Shown: positions 19,224 to 29,470, counted from the stretch's first letter. The stretch: DNA of 64,000 nucleotides from Thermoplasmatota archaeon (GCA_038046725.1 JBBSVQ010000001.1:187780-251779), one strand, 5' to 3'. The notes: generated from the sequence alone by a model not told the origin. Translations and numbers: made by a program.

Positions 19224-20525
19224 GTGAGCGCAGGTGTCGGCCCGGTCCTGCTCGACCTGGCCATCATTGTCTTGGCGGCCAAGTTCGCCGGCGAGCTCTT
19301 CGAGCGCATGCGCCAGCCGGCCGTCATCGGAGAATTGCTCGTCGGTGGCCTGCTCAGCGCCTCACTGCTCGGGCCCTACTTGGGACTCCCGGACCTCGCA
19401 GGCCATGAAGCGAGCGAGGCCGCGCCCATCATCGAGACGTTGGCAGGCCTCGGCGCAATTCTTCTCCTGTTCGAAGTGGGTTTGGAAAGCAACATCCGCC
19501 AGATGACGAAAGTCGGAGCCAGCAGCATCCTCGTTGCCCTCATCGGCGTCATCGCAAGCTTCGCCGTTGGTTACCTGGGCAGCGCCGCCCTCGCGGAAAT
19601 CTGGAGTTCCTGGCGGGCCGCCGACGCAGCCCTTCCACCCCATCTACTGCACGTCTTCGTGGGTGCCGCCATGACGGCCACCAGCGTCGGCATCACGGCT
19701 CGCGTCCTTGCCGACATGAACCGCCTGCAGACCGCAGAAGCCCGCACCATCCTTGGCGCCGCCGTCCTCGACGACGTCGCCGGCCTCATCATCCTCGCCG
19801 TCGTCGCCGCTCTCATTGAAGGTGCCCTCGGCGGCGCTTCCATCGGCCCTTGGGAAATCGCTCGCATCACTGGTTCCGCGGTCCTGTTCCTGGTCGTTGC
19901 CGTGGTCGTGGGCCTCCGCTTGGTGCCCAAGGCCTTCGACGCACTCGTTGACCGCTTCCGAATTGCCGGCTTCCCGGTAGCGCTCGCTTTTGGCTTCGCG
20001 CTCCTGATGTCCTATGCTGCCAGCCTCGCTGGCCTTGCCGATATTGTTGGCGCCTTTTCCGCGGGCTTGCTGTTGGCGCAGACGCGGCACGCCCACCAGA
20101 TCTTTGAGGCCATCAAACCCATTGGAGCCCTCCTCATTGGCTTCTTCTTCGTCACCATCGGCATGCGCATCGACTTCCACGCCTTCCAAACCGATGCCGC
20201 ACCGATTCTCGGCGCCGGCCTCGCCTTGACTGCCCTCGCGGTCGCGGCCAAGCTCGCGTGCGGTTTGGGTGTCGTCCGCAAGCAGGCGCAACGTCTGCCG
20301 GTTGGCGTCGGCATGGTTCCCCGCGGTGAAGTCGGCCTAATCTTCGCAAGCCTTGGGTTGGCCACCGGCTTGTTGGGGCCCGCGCTCTACGCGACCATCG
20401 TCCTGGTGATGCTGCTGACCACGTTCGTGACGCCCCTCTGGCTTGCGCGCCTGAAGGACCGCTTCACGCCGGACCTGGCGCCGGACGGCGATCATGCGAA
20501 TCTGGCGCGAACCCTGGAAGCCTAA
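19224..20525 (+). CDS. Cation:proton antiporter (CPA2)
   Basis: QPAVIGEL, LFEVGLE, ATSVGIT, AAVLDD, MVPRGEV. Confidence 0.92.
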   Translation: MSAGVGPVLLDLAIIVLAAKFAGELFERMRQPAVIGELLVGGLLSASLLGPYLGLPDLAGHEASEAAPIIETLAGLGAILLLFEVGLESNIRQMTKVGASSILVALIGVIASFAVGYLGSAALAEIWSSWRAADAALPPHLLHVFVGAAMTATSVGITARVLADMNRLQTAEARTILGAAVLDDVAGLIILAVVAALIEGALGGASIGPWEIARITGSAVLFLVVAVVVGLRLVPKAFDALVDRFRIAGFPVALAFGFALLMSYAASLAGLADIVGAFSAGLLLAQTRHAHQIFEAIKPIGALLIGFFFVTIGMRIDFHAFQTDAAPILGAGLALTALAVAAKLACGLGVVRKQAQRLPVGVGMVPRGEVGLIFASLGLATGLLGPALYATIVLVMLLTTFVTPLWLARLKDRFTPDLAPDGDHANLARTLEA

Positions 20526-20583
20526 CCGAGCAGCCGATTTGCGCGGAGCGACCGTGTTGGCCCCGAATCCTGCAGGATGCGGC

Positions 20584-21576
20584 TCAAGCCGGGAGGTCTG
20601 CCTTCCTTCGCCCGAGGTCAGCGGCGCCAATGGCGACGGCGCCAGGTCCCAGCCTCGTGCGTAGGACGCGCACGCGGCGCGCGGGCGCCAGGCTGGCTGC
20701 CCGCACGCTCCGCCGCACGTCGGCCACGAGCTGGGGGAACCCCTGCGCAAGACCCCCGCCGAGGATTAGCGCCTCGGGATTGAATGCGTTGACAATCCCG
20801 ACGCAAGCCACGCCGAGCATCCGCCCGGCCTCGGCAACGATGCCTTGCGACAACAGGTCTCCGGCGGCGCAGGAGCGCGCCAGCACACGAGCATCGATGC
20901 GCGCCGGCGAGCCCGCCAAGGCCAGCAGGGCGCGCCCGGCCCTGGGATGAGCACGCGCGGCGCGCCGGGCCTCCTGGGCAAGCGCCCAACCGCCCGCATA
21001 GGCCTCGAGGCAACCGCGGCCGCCGCAGTTGCACACCCTGCCGCCGGCGACGACTGGGACATGGCCGAGCTCGCCGGCAGAACCGGCGGCGCCTTCCAGC
21101 AGAACGCCTCCGCTGAGGATCCCGGCGCCGATGCCGGTGCCCAGGGCAAGGAAGACGACGTCGCGCAGGCCGCGGGCCTGTCCGTACCGGCTCTCCGCCC
21201 AGGCGGCGGCCCGGGCGTCGTTGGTGAGGGCCACCGGCACCTCCAGGCGCCGGCGCAGGCGCGTGGCGAGTGGCACGTCGTGCCAACCCGCCAGGTTGGG
21301 ACTGGAGCGCACGACCCCACCGGAGACCTGGCCTGCGAACCCGATGCCGACGGACGCGAGCGTGCCGTCCGGCCCCCCTTGGCATGCCGTGACGGCGTCC
21401 AACATCGCGCGCACGACGGCGTCGGGGCCGTCCGCCGCAGGCGTAGCGGCCTGCACGATGCGCAAGGCCTTGCCCTTGGCGTCGACGGCGGCCACCAGCA
21501 ACTTCGTCGCGCCCACGTCGATGCCGATGGCCAGAGGCCGGCCTGTGCGCGATGACCCGGATTGGGCGGCGGCCAT
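20584..21576 (-). CDS. ROK-family sugar kinase (glucokinase-like)
   Basis: GIDVGAT, NDA.AAA.AE, GTGIG, GELGH, CNCGGRGCLE. Confidence 0.92.
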   Translation of the reverse strand: MAAAQSGSSRTGRPLAIGIDVGATKLLVAAVDAKGKALRIVQAATPAADGPDAVVRAMLDAVTACQGGPDGTLASVGIGFAGQVSGGVVRSSPNLAGWHDVPLATRLRRRLEVPVALTNDARAAAWAESRYGQARGLRDVVFLALGTGIGAGILSGGVLLEGAAGSAGELGHVPVVAGGRVCNCGGRGCLEAYAGGWALAQEARRAARAHPRAGRALLALAGSPARIDARVLARSCAAGDLLSQGIVAEAGRMLGVACVGIVNAFNPEALILGGGLAQGFPQLVADVRRSVRAASLAPARRVRVLRTRLGPGAVAIGAADLGRRKADLPA

Positions 21577-21733
21577 GGCTGCCGAACGCCCGGCTTGGCC
21601 AAGAGGATTGCCTGGCCCGAGTCGACCGCATGCGCCCGGCCCGTTTGGCCGAAGCCGAAGCCCCAAGGATTACTTGCCGCAAAGGCTACCTGAAGTCGTG
21701 CCACGAGCCAATTCGCCTCGCCCCGATTCTTCC

Positions 21734-23581
21734 ATGCTTGACTACGGCATCATCGGGGACCTGCACTCCGCCGCCTTGGTCAGCAACCAGGGCTCCGTGG
21801 ATTGGCTGTGCTGGCCCCGGTTCGACAGCCCCAGCATTTTCGCCCGCCTGCTCGACCGGAAGAAAGGCGGCCACCTGAGCATCGCCCCCGTCGGCACGTT
21901 CCAGTCCTCGCAGGAATACGAGCCGCGCACCAACATCCTGCGCACACGTTTCGTTGCCAAGGGAGGCCTCGCGACGTTGGAGGCGTTCATGCCGGTCTCC
22001 GAGATCGACAACCACGAGTACGGTGAACACGAGGTCCAGTTGCTCTTCACGGTCCAGGAGGGGACCGTCACGAGCGCCATCGAGTTCGCCCCACGATTCC
22101 AATACGCCCTCGGCGACACCGCCCTCCAATCCTCGCCGCACGGCGTGCTTGCCATGCAAGGCGACGAGAGGGTCGCGCTCTCGACGCCGGCCTTGCTGAC
22201 CGTGCAAGGCGACCTGGCCACCGGGGAATGGACCGGCGGCAAGGGCGACCGGCTCGGATTGACCCTGCGTCATGACGAGAGAATTGTGCGCCCCTACGAC
22301 GAGGCCGACAGCGCAGCCAAACGCAACCGGACCGTGGCGTACTGGGAAGGTTGGTGCGCGCGCGGCCGCTACGAAGGGCCCTGGCAGGGTGCTGTGCTTC
22401 GCTCCGCCCTCACGTTACGGCTCCTGACGTACGCGCCAACTGGTGCCCTCGTGGCCGCCGCGACGACCAGCTTGCCGGAATCCCCGGGAGGTTCGCGCAA
22501 CTGGGACTACCGGTTCTCATGGGTCCGCGACTCCTCCTTCACGATGTCCGTCCTGCATGGGCTCGGCTACACGCGCGAAGCCCGGCGCTACGTCCGCTGG
22601 CTGCGGCGACTGCTTCGTGGCACCATCAACAACATCGGCCAGCTGCGCGTCTGCTACGGCCTGGAAGGGGAGACCGACCTGCCGGAGGTCGAGCTCGGCC
22701 ACCTCTGCGGCTACCTCGATTCCCGTCCCGTCCGCATCGGCAACGAGGCGGTCAAGCAGTTCCAGTTGGATATCTTCGGCAGCCTCGCTGACGCCATCCA
22801 TCGCGCCTACCAGACGGCGGAAGGCCATCCCGATGAGGCGTGGCGCAGCCTACAGGCCATCGCGGACCACGTCTGCAAGCACTGGAAGGAGCCCGACCAT
22901 GGCATCTGGGAGGTCCGCGCCCCCAAGGTCCGGTACACGCATTCCGCCCTCATGTCCTGGGTGGCCCTCGACCGGGCGACAAAGGTCGCCGTGGCGCGCG
23001 GGCAAGCGGAGCGGGCGGCGAGTTGGCAGGCGGACCTCAAGGGCATCCGCGAGGCCATTCTGCGGGACGGCTGGAGCGAGCCCAAACGATCGTTCGTGCA
23101 AAGTTTCGGTTCCCAGGCGATTGACGCGAGCCTCCTGCTGGTGCCGATTGTCGGGTTCCTGCCCGCCGGCGACCCACGCGTGCTCGACACGATCCAACGC
23201 ATCCGCGAGGAGTTGGGCTCGGGCCCGTTCATCCACCGCTACAAGGCGCCGGACGGCCTGCCCGGCCAAGAAGGAGCGTTCCTCATCTGCAGCTTCTGGA
23301 TGGTCGAGGCGCTGGCGATGGCTGGCGAGACCAAGGAGGCGCGCGACCGGTTCGACGCCTTGTGCCGGCTTGCAGGGCCACTTGGGCTGTTCGGCGAAGA
23401 GGTCGACCCCGCGACAAACGGCCCGCTGGGCAACTTCCCCCAGGCCCTGACCCACCTGAGCCAGATCCAAGCGGCGTTGGCCCTGGAGCGACAGCACGAG
23501 ACGCCAGCGACCAAGCCCCGCAACGCACCGACCGTGACGGCAAGGCGCGCCCCGGCCAACACCATCGGGACCAGCACCTGA
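21734..23581 (+). CDS. Glycoside hydrolase family 15 (trehalase/glucoamylase-like)
   Basis: DYGIIGDLHSAALV, RNWDYRFSWVRD, QLDIFG, GIWE, GNFPQALTH. Confidence 0.93.
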   Translation: MLDYGIIGDLHSAALVSNQGSVDWLCWPRFDSPSIFARLLDRKKGGHLSIAPVGTFQSSQEYEPRTNILRTRFVAKGGLATLEAFMPVSEIDNHEYGEHEVQLLFTVQEGTVTSAIEFAPRFQYALGDTALQSSPHGVLAMQGDERVALSTPALLTVQGDLATGEWTGGKGDRLGLTLRHDERIVRPYDEADSAAKRNRTVAYWEGWCARGRYEGPWQGAVLRSALTLRLLTYAPTGALVAAATTSLPESPGGSRNWDYRFSWVRDSSFTMSVLHGLGYTREARRYVRWLRRLLRGTINNIGQLRVCYGLEGETDLPEVELGHLCGYLDSRPVRIGNEAVKQFQLDIFGSLADAIHRAYQTAEGHPDEAWRSLQAIADHVCKHWKEPDHGIWEVRAPKVRYTHSALMSWVALDRATKVAVARGQAERAASWQADLKGIREAILRDGWSEPKRSFVQSFGSQAIDASLLLVPIVGFLPAGDPRVLDTIQRIREELGSGPFIHRYKAPDGLPGQEGAFLICSFWMVEALAMAGETKEARDRFDALCRLAGPLGLFGEEVDPATNGPLGNFPQALTHLSQIQAALALERQHETPATKPRNAPTVTARRAPANTIGTST

Positions 23582-23636
23582 CGAAATGGCGCGCCCAAAC
23601 GTTGCCTACCAAGGAACGTGCAGCGAGGTTGGGCGA

Positions 23637-23744
23637 ATGGATACAACCCGGCTACAACCGCTACACTGGTCCGCGGCCGATTGGGTCGTGTTGGGGGCAA
23701 GGGTCAGTTAAGCTCGTGGAAAGTATAGGCGTGATGCCGTACAG
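23637..23744 (+). repeat. Dispersed non-coding repeat, copy A (right-type arm)
   Basis: The first 66 nt are 64/66 identical to 29542-29607. Contains 11-bp-periodic GGCTACAAC units, then TTGGGGGCAA-N23-TATAGGCGTGATGCCGTAC. Confidence 0.9.
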
Positions 23745-23776
23745 GTTCCGCACATAACGGGTTGGATTCAAGCGTC

Positions 23777-24751
23777 TTATTGGACCACAAAGTCGCCAAT
23801 CATGCCGTGCGTGCGGTGGTTGCCGACGTCACAGTAGAAGATGGTGGTCATTGCGCCGCCCACGGTGAATGTAATGGTGTCCGTCTGGCCTGCGTTAAGC
23901 GGCGCAGTCTTTGCAATGGAGGCTGATTCGCCGACCCAGATGTCGTGGCGGCGGTTCTCCGGGTCGAAGTTGCCGTAGTGCAGGCGAATCTCGTGGTTGG
24001 TTGGCACGATGATATCGGCTGGCGAGTACCCGTAACTTCCAGTCTGGTCGTTGGTCTCCACAAAGAGCTCCCAAATGGGCAGTCCGGCGGAGTTGGTCTG
24101 CCCGGTCTCCTGGCCGGTGTATCCAGATGGGGGCGGGCTCGATGAGGTGGTGGTCGAGGATGAACTGCTGGCTTGGCTTGCGGTGGTCGTCTGGCTTGAC
24201 GAGGCCGTTGTTGTCCCGGTTGCTGTGCTGCTGGATGTTGTCGTCGATGTCGAAGCGACCGTGCCGTTTGAGGGGTCGCTCGTTGGCTGCGTGGTCGTTG
24301 TTGGTCCGAATCCGCTACGGTCGAACTCAACGGGTTCCAACTCGTCCCACACGATGGAGCCGCCATACCAGCCTGTGCCCACGACGAGAGCGGCGGTGAC
24401 CCAGAGCGCGCCCAGCCAAGCCCAAGCGCCCTTCTGCAGGAAGGTGGCACGGAAGATCCAGGCGAGAATGGCAAGCAGGCAGGCGGCCACCGCCGTGGCA
24501 ATCCCTAGGATCTGATGGGTGGAGATCCAATCTTCTTTCTCGGTGCCTTCCCACTCCTCTTGGGCGCTGTCTTTCTCCAGCAGGCCCGTGCCGACGGCGA
24601 CGACTGCCGAAAGGGCCGCCGCGATGAGCAGTGGGGGAACGGCCTGCGTGACCCATGGCCACCACCGCTTCAGGCTCGCCGCCAAGGCCGCCAGCGGAAG
24701 CAGAATCAACGGGGCGTGGACGACCAGCGGATGGAAGACGGGCGGAATCAT
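23777..24751 (-). CDS. DUF2231-like membrane domain fused via a Ser/Thr linker to a cupredoxin domain
   Basis: HPLVVHAP, GTGL..., H, GWYGG (DUF2231 pattern). C-terminal H...YCDVGNHRTHGM type-1 copper ligand set. Confidence 0.8.
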   Translation of the reverse strand: MIPPVFHPLVVHAPLILLPLAALAASLKRWWPWVTQAVPPLLIAAALSAVVAVGTGLLEKDSAQEEWEGTEKEDWISTHQILGIATAVAACLLAILAWIFRATFLQKGAWAWLGALWVTAALVVGTGWYGGSIVWDELEPVEFDRSGFGPTTTTQPTSDPSNGTVASTSTTTSSSTATGTTTASSSQTTTASQASSSSSTTTSSSPPPSGYTGQETGQTNSAGLPIWELFVETNDQTGSYGYSPADIIVPTNHEIRLHYGNFDPENRRHDIWVGESASIAKTAPLNAGQTDTITFTVGGAMTTIFYCDVGNHRTHGMIGDFVVQ

Positions 24752-24895
24752 CGACGGCACGACAGCGACTGGCCGAAGGCACACTTAACGGATTTCAAAG
24801 GGTTCCGCGACTCGTTTCGCCGTAGTCGTGCCCGCATGGCCGTGGCCGGCCTCAATGGTTTTGAGGCCGGCAAGGCGTGCGTTGCTGGGTCCACT

Positions 24896-25396
24896 ATGAC
24901 CAAGCACCTTCTCGCTCCAGTCGCTCTCTTCCTGGCCCTCGCGCTCTCGGGGTGCTCGTCCAATGGCGAGGGGACGCTGCAGGTGCAGGTCACCGACTTG
25001 CCTGGCGACATCGCGGACTTCAGTGCCCTACCCGTGACCGTCTCCTCGATCGAGCTCACCATGAAGGATGGGGGGAAGGAAAGCTACGCTCCATCCGATG
25101 GGACCTTCGACCTGACGACGCTGGTCAACGGCAACACGACCACCCTCTTCAAGGACGACGTCAAGGCAGGCAACTACACTCGCCTCGCCCTCAAGGTTCG
25201 CGACGCTACGGGGACTCTCAAGTCGGGCGGCCAAGTCGCAGTGACCACCCCCGGCGGCACGCTGTTCTTGGAGCAGGCCTTCACGGTCAAGGAAGGCGAG
25301 GAAACCAATTTCCTGTTCGATGTCGTGGTCCACAAGGAGGGCAACGGCCAGTACATCTTCCAGCCCAACGCCAGCGGCAGCCGCGTCACCAATTAG
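24896..25396 (+). CDS. DUF4382-like lipoprotein
   Basis: LSGC lipobox, GTLQVQVTDLPGDIADF..L.VT, FDLTTL, AGNYT, FLFDV.V. Confidence 0.8.
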   Translation: MTKHLLAPVALFLALALSGCSSNGEGTLQVQVTDLPGDIADFSALPVTVSSIELTMKDGGKESYAPSDGTFDLTTLVNGNTTTLFKDDVKAGNYTRLALKVRDATGTLKSGGQVAVTTPGGTLFLEQAFTVKEGEETNFLFDVVVHKEGNGQYIFQPNASGSRVTN

Positions 25397-25550
25397 CGGG
25401 GCAAGCCGAGCGGAAATTGGCCAGCGTTTGCAATGGCCTACGCAGTCCATGTCCCCGGGCGCACGGCAAACCATGGCGTCCTGCGTACCCATCCTTCAAT
25501 GGCCGCCAACATCCGTTCATATACTCCGGACGACCGGTAAGGGGTTGGCG

Positions 25551-26504
25551 ATGAACGTGAACCGCACGCCCACTCCGAAGCTTGCTGGCCTGCTGGCCAT
25601 GACCTCCCTTGCCCTCGTGGCCCTTGCCGGCTGCTCGTCCCAATCCTCGGATGAGGGCTCCCTGGCCCTCTACGTCAAGGACGCCCCCTTGGACCAGTAC
25701 GACCAGCTGCGCGTGACCATCACACGCGCCGAGGCCCTGCCGGACCAGGCCAGTGACTGGGTCACGGTCTACGATGGCGAGAAGACCGTCGACCTGCTTG
25801 CATTGCAGAGCCCGACCGCGAAGGAGAAGCTCGCCGAGCTCGGCGTCCCCGCCGGCCCCTACTCGGGCCTGCGCCTGGCCATCAGCGAGGCCGTCGGCAT
25901 CGACGCCAACGGCACCGAATACCAACTCGTCGTCGCCGGCAACGTCCTGACCGTCTTGGAGTCCTTCGAGATCGGCAAGGGCGCCGACCTGAGCCTCCTG
26001 CTCGACATCGACACGAACGCCAGCGCCTCCGAACCGGGCCTCTTCGCCCCGCAAGCCAAGGCCCTGCGCTCCAGCCACGCTGACCAGGACCAAGACGGCG
26101 TCGACGACGTCGAGGACGCCGACTACAACGCGACCGAATCGCCCCGCCAGGAGCGCAGCAACCTGTACGGCCTGTGCACCGCCTGGATGGCCAGCGAGAC
26201 GGCCCGCGAGCACGGCAACGCCACCGACAACAGCACCGCCTTCGCGCGCCTTGGCGAGAACGCCACGGACGCCGGCCAGTCGCTGGAGGATTTCTGCGAC
26301 GCCCAGCCCTTCCCGGGCAAGTCGGACGCCATCCCTGAGGACGCCCAGGAGGCCCGCCAGGCCGCCATGGAGCGCCGCGAACAGGCCGGCAACGGCACCG
26401 CGGGCCGCCCCACGTCGACCCCGAGCCCGAGCGCCCACCCGACGGGCGCCCCCGAAAACCAGACGCAATCGACCAGCCGCAGCGGAACCCACGGCCCCCC
26501 GTAG
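25551..26504 (+). CDS. DUF4382-like lipoprotein with an acidic DxDxDG motif and a C-terminal two-Cys domain
   Basis: LAGC lipobox, GSLALYVKDAP, VDLL.L, PAGPY, DQDQDGVDD, GLCTAW...EDFC. Confidence 0.75.
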   Translation: MNVNRTPTPKLAGLLAMTSLALVALAGCSSQSSDEGSLALYVKDAPLDQYDQLRVTITRAEALPDQASDWVTVYDGEKTVDLLALQSPTAKEKLAELGVPAGPYSGLRLAISEAVGIDANGTEYQLVVAGNVLTVLESFEIGKGADLSLLLDIDTNASASEPGLFAPQAKALRSSHADQDQDGVDDVEDADYNATESPRQERSNLYGLCTAWMASETAREHGNATDNSTAFARLGENATDAGQSLEDFCDAQPFPGKSDAIPEDAQEARQAAMERREQAGNGTAGRPTSTPSPSAHPTGAPENQTQSTSRSGTHGPP

Positions 26505-26580
26505 GCCCGCAAGCGCGTTCGACCGACGCACCCTTGACCCCCTCTCTCCCTTCCCATTCCAATCCTCAAGGTGAACCCCC

Positions 26581-27558
26581 ATGAAGACGACGGCCTGGTG
26601 CATCCTCCTGCTGCTGGCGCTCGTGCCGCTGGCCGTGGCGCAGGGCCCGCCGTCGAGCCACGGCCCCCCGACGTCCACTCCAAGCGGCAGCCCGCCCTCG
26701 GACGCGGGCAATGTCAGCTCCCAGGACCGCCCCAGCGAAACGCCCAGCGCGACGGGCCAGCCGACCTCGATGCCTTCGACCGGACCCCGCGAACCGGCCG
26801 TCGACATCCAGGACGCGCAAGGCGGATTCGGCGCCCGACCAAGCGACCCCGACAGCAGGCGCCCCTCGTTCAGCTACAACGCCAGCCGCGCCGAAATCGC
26901 CCTCGACCACGCGGACGCCCGCGTCCTCGACACCGTCATCGACGCCATCATCGAGTTCCAGGACGAGGACGGCGACGGCGCCTACGACCTCGGCGAGACC
27001 ATCCACCAACGCCTCGCCCTCAGCGACCTCCCCTCCAGCGTCCACGATGCCGGGGACTCAACCCGTGACGCTGTCTACGAGTTTCCCAATGGAGGCAACC
27101 TGACGCTGCGCTTCCACCTCGCGCCCACGGGTGATGGGGAGGCGACAAAGTTCGACGTCGCCATCCACGACTTCCCCGTCAACTCAACGACCAGCCGAAT
27201 CGCCGTCGGCCTGCGCGTCGAGGCCCTCGAAGGCCTGCGCGTCGCCACCGTGCACGGCGCCCCCGCACTCGTCGGCAACGGCACCGGCCAAGTCCCGTTC
27301 CTGTCCTGGGCCCAAGGTGCCCTGGTCGACGGCCAGCAAATCGCGGTCGCTTCGAGCATCCAGCTCGACGCCGGCGGCCCCGGCGCCGTCATCTACTGGG
27401 CCTACCCGCAGGGCGAGATCCTGCACGACCCTATCCTCGGAATGACAAGCTTCACGCTCCCCAGCCTCGGCGACCCAGTCGTCTTCGCGGTCGCCCTTGG
27501 GGCGGGAGTGGTTTTTCTGGCCGTCGGCTTCGAGGCGCGCCGGAGGTACAAGCCGTGA
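26581..27558 (+). CDS. Secreted, C-terminally anchored protein with a DxDGDG Ca-binding-like motif
   Basis: Signal peptide, P/S/T-rich linker, IEFQDEDGDGAYD, HDPILG, and a C-terminal TM followed by RRR. Confidence 0.7.
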   Translation: MKTTAWCILLLLALVPLAVAQGPPSSHGPPTSTPSGSPPSDAGNVSSQDRPSETPSATGQPTSMPSTGPREPAVDIQDAQGGFGARPSDPDSRRPSFSYNASRAEIALDHADARVLDTVIDAIIEFQDEDGDGAYDLGETIHQRLALSDLPSSVHDAGDSTRDAVYEFPNGGNLTLRFHLAPTGDGEATKFDVAIHDFPVNSTTSRIAVGLRVEALEGLRVATVHGAPALVGNGTGQVPFLSWAQGALVDGQQIAVASSIQLDAGGPGAVIYWAYPQGEILHDPILGMTSFTLPSLGDPVVFAVALGAGVVFLAVGFEARRRYKP

Positions 27559-27818
27559 CCCTGCTGCTGAATGCCAGCGTCGCCCTCCTTGCCCTCGTCG
27601 CAACAGCCCTCGCCATCCTCGCGTTCATTGGTTGGACCAGGAACCGCACCGGCCGCCTCGCCATGCTGGCAATTGGCTTCGGCATCGTCGCCGCGGCGGG
27701 CATCATCACGGCCATCGGCATGTTCACCAGCCAAACACCGGTGGCCATGCTGACGTGGCAAAGCCTGCTCCTCGCCGCCGGCTTGTTCGTCGTCTACTTG
27801 GCAGCCGTGAAGCGTTGA
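27555..27818 (+). CDS. Small 3-TM membrane protein
   Basis: 87 aa with three hydrophobic helices (GW.RNR..RLAMLAIGF). GTGA overlap with the upstream gene. Confidence 0.7.
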   Translation: MTLLLNASVALLALVATALAILAFIGWTRNRTGRLAMLAIGFGIVAAAGIITAIGMFTSQTPVAMLTWQSLLLAAGLFVVYLAAVKR

Positions 27819-27829
27819 CCCAACGAACC

Positions 27830-28420
27830 ATGCTTCTCCACCCGCCCAACCTCTTGCAGGCGGCCGTCCTCCTCGTCGCCGCGAAAGGCGAGGAAGGCGG
27901 CAACAGGCGCCGCGTCTACGCCATCGTGGCCGAATTCCCGGGCTTGCACCAGAACGACATCGCCCGCCGCCTTGGCATCAGCGGCAACGCCGCCGACCAC
28001 CACCTGCGCCAACTCGTCCGCGCCGGGCTCATCTCCCGGCAGGAGGAAGCCTCGTTCGTGCGGTTCTACGTCCGCGTGCAAGGCACCGTGGCGCCCGAGG
28101 GAGCCGTTGGGGAAGCCGACAAGCCCAAACTGGCACTCCTGCGAAAGGCCCGCCCCTTGGAGATTGTCGCCCAGCTTCTGGTCAACGGCCCCAGCACGAT
28201 GGGCGATGTCGCCAAAGCCCTCGGCGTCACGCCTGGAAACGTCACGCACCACGCGGCCAACCTGGAAGCCGCCGGCATCCTGACCCGGACCCAGCAAGGC
28301 CGGGAGCGGATCCTCGACCTCGCAAACCGTGACGACACCATCCGGCTGCTGCTAGCGTACGAACCTCCGGCGGACCTCGTCGCCGGCTTCGATGACCTCT
28401 GGCAGGAGGTCGGATTCTGA
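27830..28420 (+). CDS. Double winged-HTH transcriptional regulator (HVO_0163-like)
   Basis: RRRVY..V..FPGLH..DIARRLG....HHL..L, followed by a second wHTH (VAKALGVTPGNVTHHA..LE..GIL). Confidence 0.8.
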   Translation: MLLHPPNLLQAAVLLVAAKGEEGGNRRRVYAIVAEFPGLHQNDIARRLGISGNAADHHLRQLVRAGLISRQEEASFVRFYVRVQGTVAPEGAVGEADKPKLALLRKARPLEIVAQLLVNGPSTMGDVAKALGVTPGNVTHHAANLEAAGILTRTQQGRERILDLANRDDTIRLLLAYEPPADLVAGFDDLWQEVGF

Positions 28421-29466
28421 TGCGCACAATTTCCCTGGTCCTAGTCGCTGCCATTGTCATGGCAGGTTGCCTCGCCGGCACCAAGTCCGACAATGGCGCG
28501 CAGCCGACCGGCACGACAGACACCACCAACGCCTTGACAGCCACCGAAAAACCGGTGGCCCCACAAGAGGACGCCCTTGCCCCGACAACAGGGGCCGGTC
28601 AACCGATCCAAGAAGGAAACTTCGGCGGCAGCCTGGTGCATGACGGCGTCGAACGCACGTACGAGCTCCACGTCCCACCAGGACTCTTGTCCAATCAATC
28701 GATTCCCTTGATGCTCGTCATCCATCCGGCCCTTGCCAATGCCGCCGCGGTGCACGGTGGCTTCGGATTCGACTCCTACGCCGACGAGCACGGATTCATC
28801 ATCGCCTATCCTGACGGCACCCGTGAAGAGGCGGGCAGCGACGAGCGGACCTGGAACGCCATGCACTGCTGCGGCGTCGGCCACTCGACCAACGTCGACG
28901 ACGTGGGCTTCCTCTTGGACCTCATCGCCAAGATGCGCCGCGACTATCCCCTCGACGCCGGCCACATCGGCTTGGTCGGCCACAGCAACGGCGCCATGCT
29001 AGCCCACCGCTTCGCCGCCACCCATAGCGAACTCGTCTCCTCCGTCACCGCCGTTGGTGGCACCATCGGAGGACAAGAGGACCGCTTCTCGCCGCAGCTG
29101 CAAGTCCCGGATCCCTCAAGCCCAGTCTCAGTCCAGATTATTCACGCCTACGACGACCCCATCGTCACCTATTACGGCGGCCCCAACCGCGGCTTCTACG
29201 AGCGCAACCGCCTCGACACACCCGTCCGTGATTCAGTGGACTTCTGGCGGGACTACGACGGCGCAACCGAGAAAACCGGAAGCTGGAGCGACAACGGCGT
29301 CGACTACGAGACCTACCGGGCCCCCGACGGGACCGAGGTCGACCTGGTCTCCACGAACGGGGGACACGGCTGGCCCGGCTCGGGACAGCCAATCCCGAAA
29401 ATCGTCAAGGTGCCGCCATTCCCTCACGCGACTCTGCTGGCCGTGGAATTTTTCCTGGCCCATTGA
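28420..29466 (+). CDS. PHB-depolymerase/LpqC-family esterase lipoprotein
   Basis: MAGC lipobox, RTYELHVP, AYPDG, WNA..CCG, VDDVGF, GHSNGA nucleophile elbow, GGHGWPG. Confidence 0.88.
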   Translation: MRTISLVLVAAIVMAGCLAGTKSDNGAQPTGTTDTTNALTATEKPVAPQEDALAPTTGAGQPIQEGNFGGSLVHDGVERTYELHVPPGLLSNQSIPLMLVIHPALANAAAVHGGFGFDSYADEHGFIIAYPDGTREEAGSDERTWNAMHCCGVGHSTNVDDVGFLLDLIAKMRRDYPLDAGHIGLVGHSNGAMLAHRFAATHSELVSSVTAVGGTIGGQEDRFSPQLQVPDPSSPVSVQIIHAYDDPIVTYYGGPNRGFYERNRLDTPVRDSVDFWRDYDGATEKTGSWSDNGVDYETYRAPDGTEVDLVSTNGGHGWPGSGQPIPKIVKVPPFPHATLLAVEFFLAH

Positions 29467-29470
29467 GCAC

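Noticed and set aside
23587..23596. TGGCGCGCCC resembles the reverse complement of a tRNA 3' end (att core)
   Set aside because: It is only 10 nt in GC-rich DNA, with no T-arm (GTTCGA) adjacent and no second copy seen.
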